Below, piece after piece: positions 10,022-19,698 of a stretch of DNA of 48,328 nt. Positions within the stretch are counted from its first letter, which is position 1. The number at the start of each line of letters is the position of its first letter. This stretch comes from Chloroflexota bacterium. Lineage in GTDB: Bacteria > Chloroflexota > Anaerolineae > J102. The notes under the pieces were generated by a model. It was not told where the DNA came from. It worked only from the letters and a program-made list of their open reading frames with translations, and did no database searches. The stretch is from contig JAAENG010000017.1 of NCBI GenBank assembly GCA_024224665.1, forward strand, positions 1 through 48,328, in the 5' to 3' direction. Made by a program: the position numbers and the translations under genes.

Positions 10022-11365
10022 TTACAACCCCTCGGTTTGTGGTGTGGCGTCAATCATGTTACCAGCCTTCTCTTGCTCGATATCAGCGATGAGTTCCGCG
10101 GGCGCAGGCCTGGCGCCTTTCTGCCCTTGCCAGCGGATGGCGGTGCCCGTACTGTCGTGAAGGACGCCCAACCGTACGTAGGGAAAGCGCCAACGGAGGA
10201 TCAGGCCGACCAACAGTAAGAATAGTGCCGGAATTAGCAACCACAAGTAAGGTCTGGCACTGATGCTCAACGTAACGGATTGGGTAGGCCTGAAAATTAG
10301 TTCCAGATCGCCGATGGACAGACTGGAATCACCTAGGATGTCGTCTGAGAGCAGTATGGCGTTGGAGGCATCAATTACCTGTATACGGTAGGATTGTGGG
10401 CCGTCGTTGACGATTCTCAACAAAAGGTTGTGGTCTGGAATCGCTATGGCGCGCTCACTACGCTCTTGAGGGAATCGAACGATCAGTTCAGTTGTAAGAT
10501 CGCCACGCTGTTCTATGGCATGCAACGGTAGCTCCTCCCCATCCATCGTAGCTCTGGCAATGAGTGCAGGCCCTACCTGCTGTTCTAGCAAGCGAATCAA
10601 CCCGGTGTTGCCTCCACCCGAACCGGCAAGAATCGATATCTGATTCTCACAGCAGAGGCTGACCATTGTGGCAGAGTCGTCGAGGCTGAGTGTGTCGTCG
10701 CTGAAGGGACTCAATGAAACAGTTTGACCGGGGCTCAGATCGATATCGGCCATTTGCCAACCATATTGCAGATTGAGGAGCAAAGTCAGTCCTATCATTA
10801 AGATGCCTATCTCGATGAGCATAGCGGACCAGGTCAGACGTTGATTGCGATCACCTAGCCAGAGGCCATGATCTTCGTCTGAAGGAGAGGGCTGTGAGGA
10901 TGTGCGATGGAAAGATGCGGCATAGTTTTGCTGCCCATACAGTGGAGGATTTGTGGTGGACTGGCGTATCTCGTAAACGTCGGTTAGCGGCAAAGTCTGG
11001 CTGGGTGCCTGGAGGTGGCGTGTGCACCAGGCCAACCACAGACGGTTGGATAGTCGTATGACGAGAATTGCGGTCGATAATGCCAGCAAAAAGCGTAACG
11101 TGCTAGTTCCTGCCAGATCAAAAAGACTCGATGCATGCAATAGCTCCCCAAAAGGCATTCCTCCTGCGGTGACAGTACTCCAGCTGTCGACAGCCACAGA
11201 GTCACCGGCCATAGCGGTTGGAACTTGGGGTAATAAGAGGTGAGCTAGCAAGAAAAGCAGGATCAACACAGTCAGGACGACAGGCCAGATAGGGTGGCTC
11301 AACGCCTGCCATGCGCGGGTCAGTGCTGTTGAATTGATAGCTGAGGGAGATCGTTCGAATGGCAT
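10022..11365 (-). CDS. ResB/Ccs1-like membrane protein (divergent)
   Basis: TM-LPQ, TM2, TM3-YGW, a large extracytoplasmic domain and a C-terminal RP-TM: the ResB topology. Confidence 0.5.
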   Translation of the reverse strand: MPFERSPSAINSTALTRAWQALSHPIWPVVLTVLILLFLLAHLLLPQVPTAMAGDSVAVDSWSTVTAGGMPFGELLHASSLFDLAGTSTLRFLLALSTAILVIRLSNRLWLAWCTRHLQAPSQTLPLTDVYEIRQSTTNPPLYGQQNYAASFHRTSSQPSPSDEDHGLWLGDRNQRLTWSAMLIEIGILMIGLTLLLNLQYGWQMADIDLSPGQTVSLSPFSDDTLSLDDSATMVSLCCENQISILAGSGGGNTGLIRLLEQQVGPALIARATMDGEELPLHAIEQRGDLTTELIVRFPQERSERAIAIPDHNLLLRIVNDGPQSYRIQVIDASNAILLSDDILGDSSLSIGDLELIFRPTQSVTLSISARPYLWLLIPALFLLLVGLILRWRFPYVRLGVLHDSTGTAIRWQGQKGARPAPAELIADIEQEKAGNMIDATPQTEGL

Positions 11366-11389
11366 TGCGAGATCAAGGTACTGTTATTC

Positions 11390-11421
11390 AATAAAAAACC
11401 CCAACCCATAGGGGCCGGGGC
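11390..11421 (-). terminator. Intrinsic terminator after tRNA-Thr
   Basis: Minus strand gccccggccc-ctat-gggttggggt followed by a T run. Confidence 0.8.
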
Positions 11422-11431
11422 TGATCACCAG

Positions 11432-11504
11432 AGCCACCCATCGGATTTGAACCGATGACCGACGCATTACGAATGCGTTGCTCTACCGACTGAGCTAGGG
11501 TGGC
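11432..11504 (-). tRNA. tRNA-Thr(CGT), CCA not encoded
   Basis: GCCACCC/GGGTGGC acceptor stem, TAGCTCAGTCGGTAGAGC D arm, ACGCA-TTCGTAA-TGCGT anticodon arm, GGTTCAAATCC T arm. Confidence 0.97.
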
Positions 11505-11518
11505 ATGGGACTGCTGAA

Positions 11519-11547
11519 ATTATAGCAAGGATGGAGATCAGAAGCAA
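11519..11547 (-). promoter_or_regulatory. Sigma70-type promoter of tRNA-Thr
   Basis: TTGCTT-N17-TATAAT with extended TG. Confidence 0.75.
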
Positions 11548-11586
11548 AGTGAACGGGTGGCATTTGTCTCAGAAGTAGAGTGGCGA

Positions 11587-12165
11587 TTACTGTGACATCT
11601 GCACCAGTGCGAGACGTAGGCGTTCCTCGACGCCGCTGGCCTCTTTAGACAAGCTCTGAACGGCTCGTTGAGCTTCGATTACACTGTAGCCCAGGCTGAT
11701 GAGCGCTTCGATAACCTCTGCATCATCATCGCTCATAGGGCTGACCGCCAGGCTTTCGAGATCGCTAATATCGAGTTTATCTTTGAGATGAAAGAGTATC
11801 TTCCTCGCGCTTTTGGCGCCAATACCCGGTACACGGGTCAAAAGGCCAACCTCCTCATTGACTACAGCTGTGCGGATCGTGTCGGGCGGTAAGGTTGCCA
11901 GGATATTGAGAGCCAGGCGAGGGCCAACACCACTGACAGCTGTCAGCATCAAGAAAAGCTGTAGTTCCTCAGACGAGTCAAAGCCAAACAGTGTGATATC
12001 TTGTTCTCGCACGTGCAGGTGTGTGAACAGTGAAAGTGTTTGCCCAAGCGAATAACTGGACAACTGTGTCTGTGGAACGTACACCATGACACCCAAAGCA
12101 CCCACATCTACAATGACATGATCGGCCCCCAAGTATTCGACGCGTCCACGCAAACGACTGATCAT
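11587..12165 (-). CDS. ruvA: Holliday junction branch migration protein RuvA
   Basis: MISRLRG, LFTHLHVRE, VSGVGPRLA, VPGIGAKSA HhH motifs, EALISLGY. Confidence 0.97.
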   Translation of the reverse strand: MISRLRGRVEYLGADHVIVDVGALGVMVYVPQTQLSSYSLGQTLSLFTHLHVREQDITLFGFDSSEELQLFLMLTAVSGVGPRLALNILATLPPDTIRTAVVNEEVGLLTRVPGIGAKSARKILFHLKDKLDISDLESLAVSPMSDDDAEVIEALISLGYSVIEAQRAVQSLSKEASGVEERLRLALVQMSQ

Positions 12166-12890
12166 TGCGCGCCCGGAGCCCTTAATCGCTGGAATCGATA
12201 GCCCACGCCTCGGAGAGTGAGGATATATCGAGGATCGGATGGATCTTCTTCGATTTTCGAACGAAGACGCCGAATTCCCACTTCAACTAGATTGGTAGAT
12301 CCCTCGAATTCGTACCCCCATACCTCACGAAATAGCTCCTCTTTGCCTATCGGCTGATCAATATGCATCATCATATAGCGTAAGAGTTCGAATTCAATGG
12401 GTGTGACTTGGCACTTGTTGCCGCGCACGGTGACATAACGAAACTCGACATCCAGTTCGACATCTCCATTCCGCAGAAGTTTTTCAGCGGGATCAGGTTG
12501 AGTCATCCATTCTACCCGTCGCAATATGGCCTCAACTCGCGCTGCGACTTCACGGAATGTAAAAGGTTTGGTGATGTAATCGTCTGCTCCCAACTGGAAT
12601 CCTTTGACGATATCGTCTCCCGAACCTAAAGCAGTCAAAAAGACCACCGGGACAGCTGAAGATTTTCGGATTTCTTCGAGAACGGCGAAACCATTGACCC
12701 TCGGCATCATGATATCTAGAACGACCATGTCGAAGGGCGATTCGTTCCTGAATGCATCAAGAGCCGCTTCACCATCGGCCACTACGACGACGTCATAGTC
12801 GATTGCTCTCAGACTCAACTCCATCAGATTTCGTAGAGGTGCTTCATCCTCTGCAATAAGGATGCGTGCCTTTAATGGGGGCTCATACAT
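12162..12890 (-). CDS. OmpR/PhoB-family response regulator (no adjacent kinase)
   Basis: AEDE, VLDIMMP, GADDYITKPF, winged helix LRSKIE..P..ILTLRGVGYRF. Start re-called at ATG 12890 (GGAG upstream). Confidence 0.93.
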   Translation of the reverse strand: MYEPPLKARILIAEDEAPLRNLMELSLRAIDYDVVVVADGEAALDAFRNESPFDMVVLDIMMPRVNGFAVLEEIRKSSAVPVVFLTALGSGDDIVKGFQLGADDYITKPFTFREVAARVEAILRRVEWMTQPDPAEKLLRNGDVELDVEFRYVTVRGNKCQVTPIEFELLRYMMMHIDQPIGKEELFREVWGYEFEGSTNLVEVGIRRLRSKIEEDPSDPRYILTLRGVGYRFQRLRAPGAQ

Positions 12891-13017
12891 CGATCGGGTA
12901 TCTCCAACGTCGCTCTTTCTTGAATGGACTACCAACATCATCTCCAATGAATGTATCATTTGGCTCAATGCTTCTGCCTGCCATCTCTGCGACAGTTTCA
13001 AATATACCGTTGCTGGC

Positions 13018-13527
13018 TCAAGGGTGTTGAAAAAGTGTATTCAATCGGAAAGAATGAAGCAGACAAATGGCCACGGCCAAAGCATCGGCGGCATCATCAG
13101 GTTTTGGGATAGACTCCAGTCCTAATAGCAGCCGCACCATTTCCTGAATTTGTCGTTTATCAGCACTGCCGTAACCGGCTACAGCTTGTTTGACCTGTGC
13201 AGGTTTGTAATGATACAACGGCAATCCGCGCTGGGCTATCGTTAGCAACACAACACCTCGCGCATGACCAACACTGAGCGCCGTACGAGCATTCTTGGAG
13301 AAGAAAAGCTCCTCGACTCCGGCGGCTTGATAATGATATCGATTCAGTATATCGTTTAGCTGGTCATAAATGGTAACGAGTCGAGTCTCGAGGTTGGTGT
13401 TTGCGGATGTGCGAATTACACCATAATCCAGTGCAAACAGATTGCCTTCACGTTCGCTGACAATGCCGTAACCGGTGATGGCCGTACCAGGATCGATACC
13501 TAGGAATACCGGTGTTGCTGAACTCAC
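13018..13527 (-). CDS. ruvC: Crossover junction endodeoxyribonuclease RuvC
   Basis: LGIDPG, VEELFF, GHARG, GYGSADK, PDDAADALA. Confidence 0.97.
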   Translation of the reverse strand: MSSATPVFLGIDPGTAITGYGIVSEREGNLFALDYGVIRTSANTNLETRLVTIYDQLNDILNRYHYQAAGVEELFFSKNARTALSVGHARGVVLLTIAQRGLPLYHYKPAQVKQAVAGYGSADKRQIQEMVRLLLGLESIPKPDDAADALAVAICLLHSFRLNTLFQHP

Positions 13528-14279
13528 GCAATATCCAGTTCTATGAGGAGTTCGTCGCTTAAGGCCAAGTTGGAATAGACATCCTGTACATCGTCGAGTT
13601 CTTCGAGTCGTTCCAACAGGTTCATGACCTTGATGGCATCTTGTGTTGGCAACGCCACCTCGCTTTGAGGCACCATGGTCAGTTCGGCCGAAACTACTTC
13701 GATATCTGAGGCGCTAAGGTTGTCGCGCACGCTGGCAAGATCTGCGGCCTCAGTGATAATCCCGGCTGTGTGATCATCACTTAAATCAACATCTTCCGCT
13801 CCGGCATCGACTGCAATCAGAAAGACATCCTCTTCGTCCAGGTCCTCTGTCTTGACAATAATCTGTCCTTTTCGGTCGAATTGCCATGCGACCGCACCAG
13901 AGCCGGCCAGATTGCCACCGGCTTTTGTAAAAACATGGCGTAACTCGGCAACAGTGCGATTACGATTACCGGTCATAACATCGACCATGACGGCGATACC
14001 ATTGTTTGCATAGCCCTCGTAGGTAATCTCCTCGAGATCAACACCTTTTTCGGTGCCTGCACCACGCCCGATCGCTCTCTCGATATTGTCTTTGGGCATA
14101 TTTGCGGCTTTTGCTTTATCTAATACCAATCGCAAACGGATGTTCATGTCAGGGTCAGGGCCACCCGCCCTTGCCGCAACTTGTAACTCGCGCGCGATTT
14201 TTGTAAAAACCTTGCCGCGTTGAATGTCTACTGCGGATTTCCGCCGTTTTATGTTAGCCCATTTGCTATGTCCTGACAT
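13524..14279 (-). CDS. yebC: YebC/PmpR family protein
   Basis: MSGHSKWANIK, NMPKDNIERAI, YEGY, LEELDDVQDVYSN. Confidence 0.97.
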   Translation of the reverse strand: MSGHSKWANIKRRKSAVDIQRGKVFTKIARELQVAARAGGPDPDMNIRLRLVLDKAKAANMPKDNIERAIGRGAGTEKGVDLEEITYEGYANNGIAVMVDVMTGNRNRTVAELRHVFTKAGGNLAGSGAVAWQFDRKGQIIVKTEDLDEEDVFLIAVDAGAEDVDLSDDHTAGIITEAADLASVRDNLSASDIEVVSAELTMVPQSEVALPTQDAIKVMNLLERLEELDDVQDVYSNLALSDELLIELDIA

Positions 14280-14347
14280 TGACGACTCCAGAAGTAAGGT
14301 ATTTTTTCCGGGAACGAGTCAGTCGCTCGTTCCATCGGTTGAGTAGC

Positions 14348-14356
14348 ATTATATCA
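14348..14356 (-). promoter_or_regulatory. Extended -10 promoter of the yebC-ruv operon
   Basis: TGATATAAT on the minus strand; 8-bp hairpin ggaacgag/ctcgttcc (14311..14333) in the leader. Confidence 0.55.
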
Positions 14357-14389
14357 TATTCATGCTCTTAATTGCAGAACGACATCCAG

Positions 14390-16042
14390 CTAGCTATCCG
14401 TTTCAAGAAGGGAAGTATCTATGCCTTTGAGTTCAGGCCGGCTTTCTTTTCTTTCGATCACTGCCGTGATGTATGCTGCGAACAGAGGGTGAGCCGCAGC
14501 GGGTCGGGACTTGAATTCAGGATGGAATTGACTGCCCAACATAAAGGGATGATCGGCCAATTCTACGATTTCGACGAGATGGGCATCTGGGCTCAAACCA
14601 CTGTAGATTAAGCCCGCATTGCCGAGAATTTGACGGTAAGTGTTGTTGAATTCCCAGCGATGACGATGCCGCTCTTCGACCTGATCGGTCTGATAGGCTT
14701 GTTTTGCCCGTGTACCCGGCTGCAACTGGCAAGGATAAAGTCCCAAGCGCATGGTGCCACCCTTTTCTACGATGTCACGCTGGTCGGCCATAAGGTCGAT
14801 GACCGGGTAGCGCGTACGCTGGTCGAATTCAGTGCTGTTGGGTTCGTCAGAGCCATAAACCAGTCTGGCCAGTTCGATACACATGACCTGCATGCCCAAA
14901 CAGAGGCCCAGGTAGGGTAATTTGTGTTGCCGCGCATATCCTGCAGCGATGATCTTTCCCTCGATACCACGATACCCAAATCCACCCGGCACGATGATGC
15001 CATGCACCCTGTCCAGTCGTTCTTTATCGCGCCCACGCTCGAGGTCTTCAGAGTTAATCCACTCGATATCTATACTATGGTCTCTATCTAGACCGGCATG
15101 AAAGAGAGCCTCGCGCACGCTCATGTAGGCGTCCTGCAATGCCACATATTTGCCGACGAGCCCCACGCGTACGGTCGGTTTGGGTTTATGAATGCGTTCG
15201 ACCAGTTCTATCCACGGCTTAAGATCGGGAGGTGACGTCTCTAGATTCAATCGTTCGACCAGAAAATCGCCCAATCCTGCTTCTTCTAAGGTAAGGGGTA
15301 CATCATAGATGCTCTTGGCCGTGACCAGCGGAATCACCGCCCGTGGCTCGACATCGCAGAATAGCGCGATCTTGTCCCGTACTGCGTCGTCAACAGGGTG
15401 ATCTGAGCGGCAACAGATTACATCAGGCTGGATACCGATGCCGCGTAGTTCGCGCACACTATGCTGCGTCGGTTTGGTCTTAAGCTCATCGGTGGCCCCC
15501 AGATGAGACAAAAGCGTGAGATGGATGTAGACTGTGTTCTCTCTGCCGGCATCTTTCCGCATCTGTCGTAATGCTTCCAGGAAGGGCAATCCTTCGATAT
15601 CACCGACTGTGCCGCCTACTTCGATCAAGACAACCTCGGCATTGGTCTCACGCACGACCATACCTATGCGCCTTTTGATCTCGTTGGTGACATGTGGGAT
15701 CACCTGAATCGTGCCACCCAAGTAGTCACCACGTCGTTCACGGCCAATCACCTCGGCGTAGATCTGACCGCTGGTCACATTGCTGGACTGGGTGACATTG
15801 ACACTTGTGAATCGCTCGTAATGGCCGAGATCAAGGTCGGTTTCGGCGCCGTCGTCCGTAACAAAGACCTCGCCATGTTGGTACGGGCTCATGGTGCCTG
15901 GGTCCACGTTGAGGTAGGGGTCCAGTTTTTGACCCGCCACGGCGATGCCGCGGCTACGCAATAAACGTCCGATAGCGGCGGCTGTTACGCCCTTCCCCAA
16001 CCCACTGACGACACCGCCGGTTACGAAGATGTATTTGGTCAT
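14390..16042 (-). CDS. pyrG: CTP synthase
   Basis: MTKYIFVTGGVVSGLGKG, DPGTMSPYQHGE, KTKPTQ, GLCLGMQ, QFHPEF; start at ATG 16042. Confidence 0.98.
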   Translation of the reverse strand: MTKYIFVTGGVVSGLGKGVTAAAIGRLLRSRGIAVAGQKLDPYLNVDPGTMSPYQHGEVFVTDDGAETDLDLGHYERFTSVNVTQSSNVTSGQIYAEVIGRERRGDYLGGTIQVIPHVTNEIKRRIGMVVRETNAEVVLIEVGGTVGDIEGLPFLEALRQMRKDAGRENTVYIHLTLLSHLGATDELKTKPTQHSVRELRGIGIQPDVICCRSDHPVDDAVRDKIALFCDVEPRAVIPLVTAKSIYDVPLTLEEAGLGDFLVERLNLETSPPDLKPWIELVERIHKPKPTVRVGLVGKYVALQDAYMSVREALFHAGLDRDHSIDIEWINSEDLERGRDKERLDRVHGIIVPGGFGYRGIEGKIIAAGYARQHKLPYLGLCLGMQVMCIELARLVYGSDEPNSTEFDQRTRYPVIDLMADQRDIVEKGGTMRLGLYPCQLQPGTRAKQAYQTDQVEERHRHRWEFNNTYRQILGNAGLIYSGLSPDAHLVEIVELADHPFMLGSQFHPEFKSRPAAAHPLFAAYITAVIERKESRPELKGIDTSLLETDS

Positions 16043-16057
16043 GCTTGCTGCCTCTCT

Positions 16058-16092
16058 AAAAAGAAGAGACACGGAGATGGCTCTCCGTGTCT
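16058..16092 (-). terminator. Leader terminator/attenuator upstream of pyrG
   Basis: Perfect 11-bp stem agacacggaga/tctccgtgtct plus CTTCTTTTT, ending 15 nt before the pyrG start. Confidence 0.7.
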
Positions 16093-16190
16093 GGGATAGC
16101 TGGAGGATAAAACTGCCCGAGTTGAGCAGGATGTTGGGGGTTGCGATAAATGGCGATGCAACGAAGGTACCTGTTCGAAAAAGCTAGGGG

Positions 16191-16220
16191 ATGATAGCAT
16201 GTCCTGTAGTAGTGTGTCAA
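16191..16220 (-). promoter_or_regulatory. Sigma70-type promoter of pyrG
   Basis: TTGACA-N18-TATCAT with extended TG. Confidence 0.7.
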
Positions 16221-16291
16221 TCGAGTTAGCGAGTGCCGCAACCTCATACTCATGTTGCGGCGCTGCGCCAATCTGATTGGTGCGGTACGGA

Positions 16292-16328
16292 TAACAAAAT
16301 AGACCCCGCACCTGAGCGCAGGGTCTAT
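16292..16328 (-). terminator. Intrinsic terminator after the PspC gene
   Basis: Minus strand atagaccctgcgc-tcag-gtgcggggtctat-tttgttat. Confidence 0.75.
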
Positions 16329-16377
16329 ACGTTGGATCGTAAATCGAGAGGGACTAGTTTCTGGAAGGAGAAGCTTG

Positions 16378-17208
16378 TTAAGCCACTGGATCGAGAATTT
16401 CGCCCTCGACCGCTTCGATTTCCGTATGCTGATCTTCTGGCAAGACGATGGCCAGAAGAACGTAAAGGATGACGCCGGTACCCATGCTGCCGATGCTGAA
16501 CAGCGCCCACAAGATGCGAACGATGGCCGGGTCGATGTTGAGTGTTCGGGCCAGACCGCCGCAGACGCCAAGTAAGATTCGATCATCTGAAGTGCGTTTG
16601 AAGGGAATGCGTTGGCGTGTGTCCTTTATACTCTGTTTCACGGTTTCGCTGTCAGGAACACGATCTCGTACATCTTGAGACATTTTATCGTCACCCTTCA
16701 GGTTACGCAGGATCAAGACACCGCCACCGATCAATACCGCAGGCCAGAAAAGAACGCTCAATACGCCCCAAACGCCATTCCACAGACTGGGGAGGATGCC
16801 GGTGTTAGACAGCAGCCAGAGGGCGCCAAGACCGATCAGAACCCAGGCTACCCAGCCCATGTTCTCCGAGCCGATATTGATCGCTGCCGGTTCTTGTTGC
16901 CCTTCCTTCATGGTACCCACCGGGAGTACCAGCCATAGCAAGCCATAAGCGAGGATAGCTGCACCGCTGGTTGCCAGGGCCGCCAGAATCCAGAGAATAC
17001 GGATCAAGACGGGATCGATGTCGAAGTAGTCACCAATGCCGCCACAGACGCCGGCCAGACGTTTATCGGAAGGATGCCTGAAAAGCGTTCGCCGCTTGGT
17101 ATGTGTTTTTGTCCCTGAGTTGCTATTCGTCTGTTCTGGCGCAACGACTTGAATTTCAGACGCTGTATCTGAGGGATCAGTAGGGGTATGTAAAGTTTCA
17201 GTTGCCAT
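16378..17208 (-). CDS. Double PspC-domain membrane protein
   Basis: Two R...D+.L.GVCGG....IDP...R.LW repeats separated by a LiaF-like TM pair. Confidence 0.9.
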   Translation of the reverse strand: MATETLHTPTDPSDTASEIQVVAPEQTNSNSGTKTHTKRRTLFRHPSDKRLAGVCGGIGDYFDIDPVLIRILWILAALATSGAAILAYGLLWLVLPVGTMKEGQQEPAAINIGSENMGWVAWVLIGLGALWLLSNTGILPSLWNGVWGVLSVLFWPAVLIGGGVLILRNLKGDDKMSQDVRDRVPDSETVKQSIKDTRQRIPFKRTSDDRILLGVCGGLARTLNIDPAIVRILWALFSIGSMGTGVILYVLLAIVLPEDQHTEIEAVEGEILDPVA

Positions 17209-17468
17209 GTGACCTCCAAAAAAGTGGCCGTGACTATTGATCGGCCAGTATGATTTTTCCTATCTTTCATACAACTATACGCAAGATATCAGGTTAGGGT
17301 CGCGCGGCACTTTGGGCTTCGCGTGACGATTTGAGGCGAAGCTTCGCTACATGGTTACGCGAGTGCCATGATAGCACGCCGAGTGTTTTTGCCCTACGCT
17401 GCGGACGAACGTTACAATCTAACTCAACCCCATTCCTCCTTGCTGGTAGCGACCGCTCTTAATATAAA

Positions 17469-18275
17469 ATGACGCACCTTGTTGACGAACGCCGAACGGC
17501 ATCCCCCATCATTACCCTGACCACAGATTTTGGCCAAAGCGATGCCTATGTAGCGAGCATGAAAGGCGTCATATTAGGCGTGTTGCCCCGAGCCCAGATC
17601 GTCGATATCACGCATGAGATCGTCCCGCAGAATATCATGCAGGCCCTGTATGTCCTGAGCAGGGCGTCGCCCTTCTTTCCGAGTCATACCGTTCATGTCG
17701 CGGTCGTAGACCCAGACGTGGGAACTGATCGGCGTCCAATTGGCGTCTTTACTGATAGCGCTTGTTATATCGGGCCCGATAACGGTATTTTTACCCATGT
17801 CTATGATCACGAGAATGTCAAAGAAGTTCGGTTATTGTCAGACCCGGCATACCATCTGCCAGTTGTGAGCAACACGTTCCATGGTCGAGATATCTTCGCA
17901 GCGGTTGCTGCCCATGTTGCATCTGGCGTGTCCCCCCATCACCTGGGGCCAGAGGTGCCTGATCCAGTCCGCATGGACCTGCCAGAACCCAAACAACTTG
18001 CTGACGGCTCTATCTCAGGTCAGATCCTGTACGCCGATCATTTCGGAAACCTCGTCAGTAACATTCCTGACAGCTGGCTAATGAATAGAGAGGATTGGCG
18101 ATTTAAGATTGGAGGTGTTTCCATTTCAGAGTTTCATCATGCGTACGGTAATGTTATGCCTGGACAACTCGTCGTTCTGACAGGCAGCAGCGGTCTGATC
18201 GAAGTGGCCGTTCGCAACGGCAATGCCGCCGATCAACTCAATGTCTTGCCAGGTGACCCGCTGAAGATCGAGTAA
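17469..18275 (+). CDS. SAM hydroxide adenosyltransferase (DUF62, chlorinase/fluorinase superfamily)
   Basis: LTTDFG, VVDPDVGT.R, GPDNG, TFHGRDIF, DHFGN. Confidence 0.93.
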   Translation: MTHLVDERRTASPIITLTTDFGQSDAYVASMKGVILGVLPRAQIVDITHEIVPQNIMQALYVLSRASPFFPSHTVHVAVVDPDVGTDRRPIGVFTDSACYIGPDNGIFTHVYDHENVKEVRLLSDPAYHLPVVSNTFHGRDIFAAVAAHVASGVSPHHLGPEVPDPVRMDLPEPKQLADGSISGQILYADHFGNLVSNIPDSWLMNREDWRFKIGGVSISEFHHAYGNVMPGQLVVLTGSSGLIEVAVRNGNAADQLNVLPGDPLKIE

Positions 18276-18278
18276 TCT

Positions 18279-18314
18279 CAGTAGATCCAAATTCCACATC
18301 AGATGCTTCTCCAT
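18279..18314 (+). repeat. Solo left end of a family A element
   Basis: 35/36 identical to 30432..30467. Confidence 0.85.
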
Positions 18315-18374
18315 TTAATCCCGGCCGGTTTCATATGAACCGCTTAACCCCAATCATCCCAAAATAATCCTATC

Positions 18375-19688
18375 ATGAGTGATCATTATATTATCAATGG
18401 TGGCAAGCCACTTCAGGGCGCAGTGAAGGTTGCCGGTAACAAAAACGCAGCCCTGCCCATGTTGGCTGCATGTTTGCTGACCGACGAACCGGTAACACTG
18501 CACAATGTCCCGCGTATCGGCGATGTCGATACGCTCCTGCGCTTGCTCCAAGATGTTGGCGTGCGCGTTATCGCCAACGGCGGCAGCTCCATCACCCTCC
18601 ACGCCGAAAATATCGAAACCCGCAAGCTTTCGTCGGAACTCTGTCTCCGTATCCGCGCCTCGATTCTCCTGGCCGGACCCATGCTTGGCCGCCTGGAACA
18701 GGTCGAACTACCTCCACCAGGGGGTGATGTCATCGGACGCCGGCGTATCGACACCCACATTCTGGCTTTCGAGGCGTTGGGAGCCAAAATCAAACATGAT
18801 CCGGTCACACATAGTCTGCACATCCAGGCTGATGGTCTGCAAGGCACAGACATGATGCTGGATGAGGCCAGTGTTACCGCTACCGAGAACGCACTGATGG
18901 CCGCAGTGCTCACACCCGGACAGACCATAATCCGCAATGCCGCTTCTGAGCCACATGTGCAAAACCTTTGCCGTATGCTTTGTGGTATGGGAGCGATTAT
19001 CGACGGCATTAGTAGCAATACGCTAACTGTGCAAGGCGTCGATCGATTGCGTGGTGGTGAATTCGAAATTGGCCCCGATTTGCTCGAGGTAGGCTCATTC
19101 CTGGGCCTCGGGGCGGTCACTCCCGGTGAGCTTCGTATCAAAAACGTTATCTCCGATGAATTGCGCATGGTGCTCTATGTCTTTCGTGAACGGCTGGGTG
19201 TCAACTGTTGGCTGGATGGCGACGATCTGGTGGTGGGCAGTGAGCAAGATCTCCATGTTGCCATGGATCGAGGTGATGCTGTACCCAAGATCGACGACGG
19301 ACCATGGCCCCATTTCCCCGCCGATCTACTTTCTATCGCCTTGATTGTGGCCACGCAAGCGCAGGGTACTGTGCTCATCCACGAGAAAATGTTTGAGAGT
19401 CGTCTCTTCTTTGTAGACAAGTTAATCAATATGGGGGCGCGCATCATTTTGTGCGATCCGCACCGGGCCGTGGTGGTGGGGCCTTCGCAGCTCTATGGCC
19501 AGGCAGTCTCGAGTCCAGACATCCGTGCCGGTATGACAATGGTCATCGCAGCACTGGCCGCAGAGGGGACCAGCATCATCGCCAATATAGGCCAGATCGA
19601 TCGCGGTTATGAACGCCTGACCGAGAAGTTGCAGGCATTGGGGGCTGATATCGTCCGCAGTAGTGCGCCCACCCCGGTTGTGGCATAA
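18375..19688 (+). CDS. murA: UDP-N-acetylglucosamine 1-carboxyvinyltransferase (Asp-type)
   Basis: [55 protein letters not shown]. Confidence 0.97.
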   Translation: MSDHYIINGGKPLQGAVKVAGNKNAALPMLAACLLTDEPVTLHNVPRIGDVDTLLRLLQDVGVRVIANGGSSITLHAENIETRKLSSELCLRIRASILLAGPMLGRLEQVELPPPGGDVIGRRRIDTHILAFEALGAKIKHDPVTHSLHIQADGLQGTDMMLDEASVTATENALMAAVLTPGQTIIRNAASEPHVQNLCRMLCGMGAIIDGISSNTLTVQGVDRLRGGEFEIGPDLLEVGSFLGLGAVTPGELRIKNVISDELRMVLYVFRERLGVNCWLDGDDLVVGSEQDLHVAMDRGDAVPKIDDGPWPHFPADLLSIALIVATQAQGTVLIHEKMFESRLFFVDKLINMGARIILCDPHRAVVVGPSQLYGQAVSSPDIRAGMTMVIAALAAEGTSIIANIGQIDRGYERLTEKLQALGADIVRSSAPTPVVA

Positions 19689-19698
19689 GGCCTGATTT

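Noticed and set aside
11432-11504. tRNA-Thr as an island integration site
   Set aside because: No integrase, no duplicated tRNA 3' end seen, and the flanking genes look like core genes.
17469-18275. Fluorinase/chlorinase call
   Set aside because: Motifs (DP..GT.R, TFHGRD) fit the widespread DUF62 hydroxide adenosyltransferases, and there is no halometabolite cluster.
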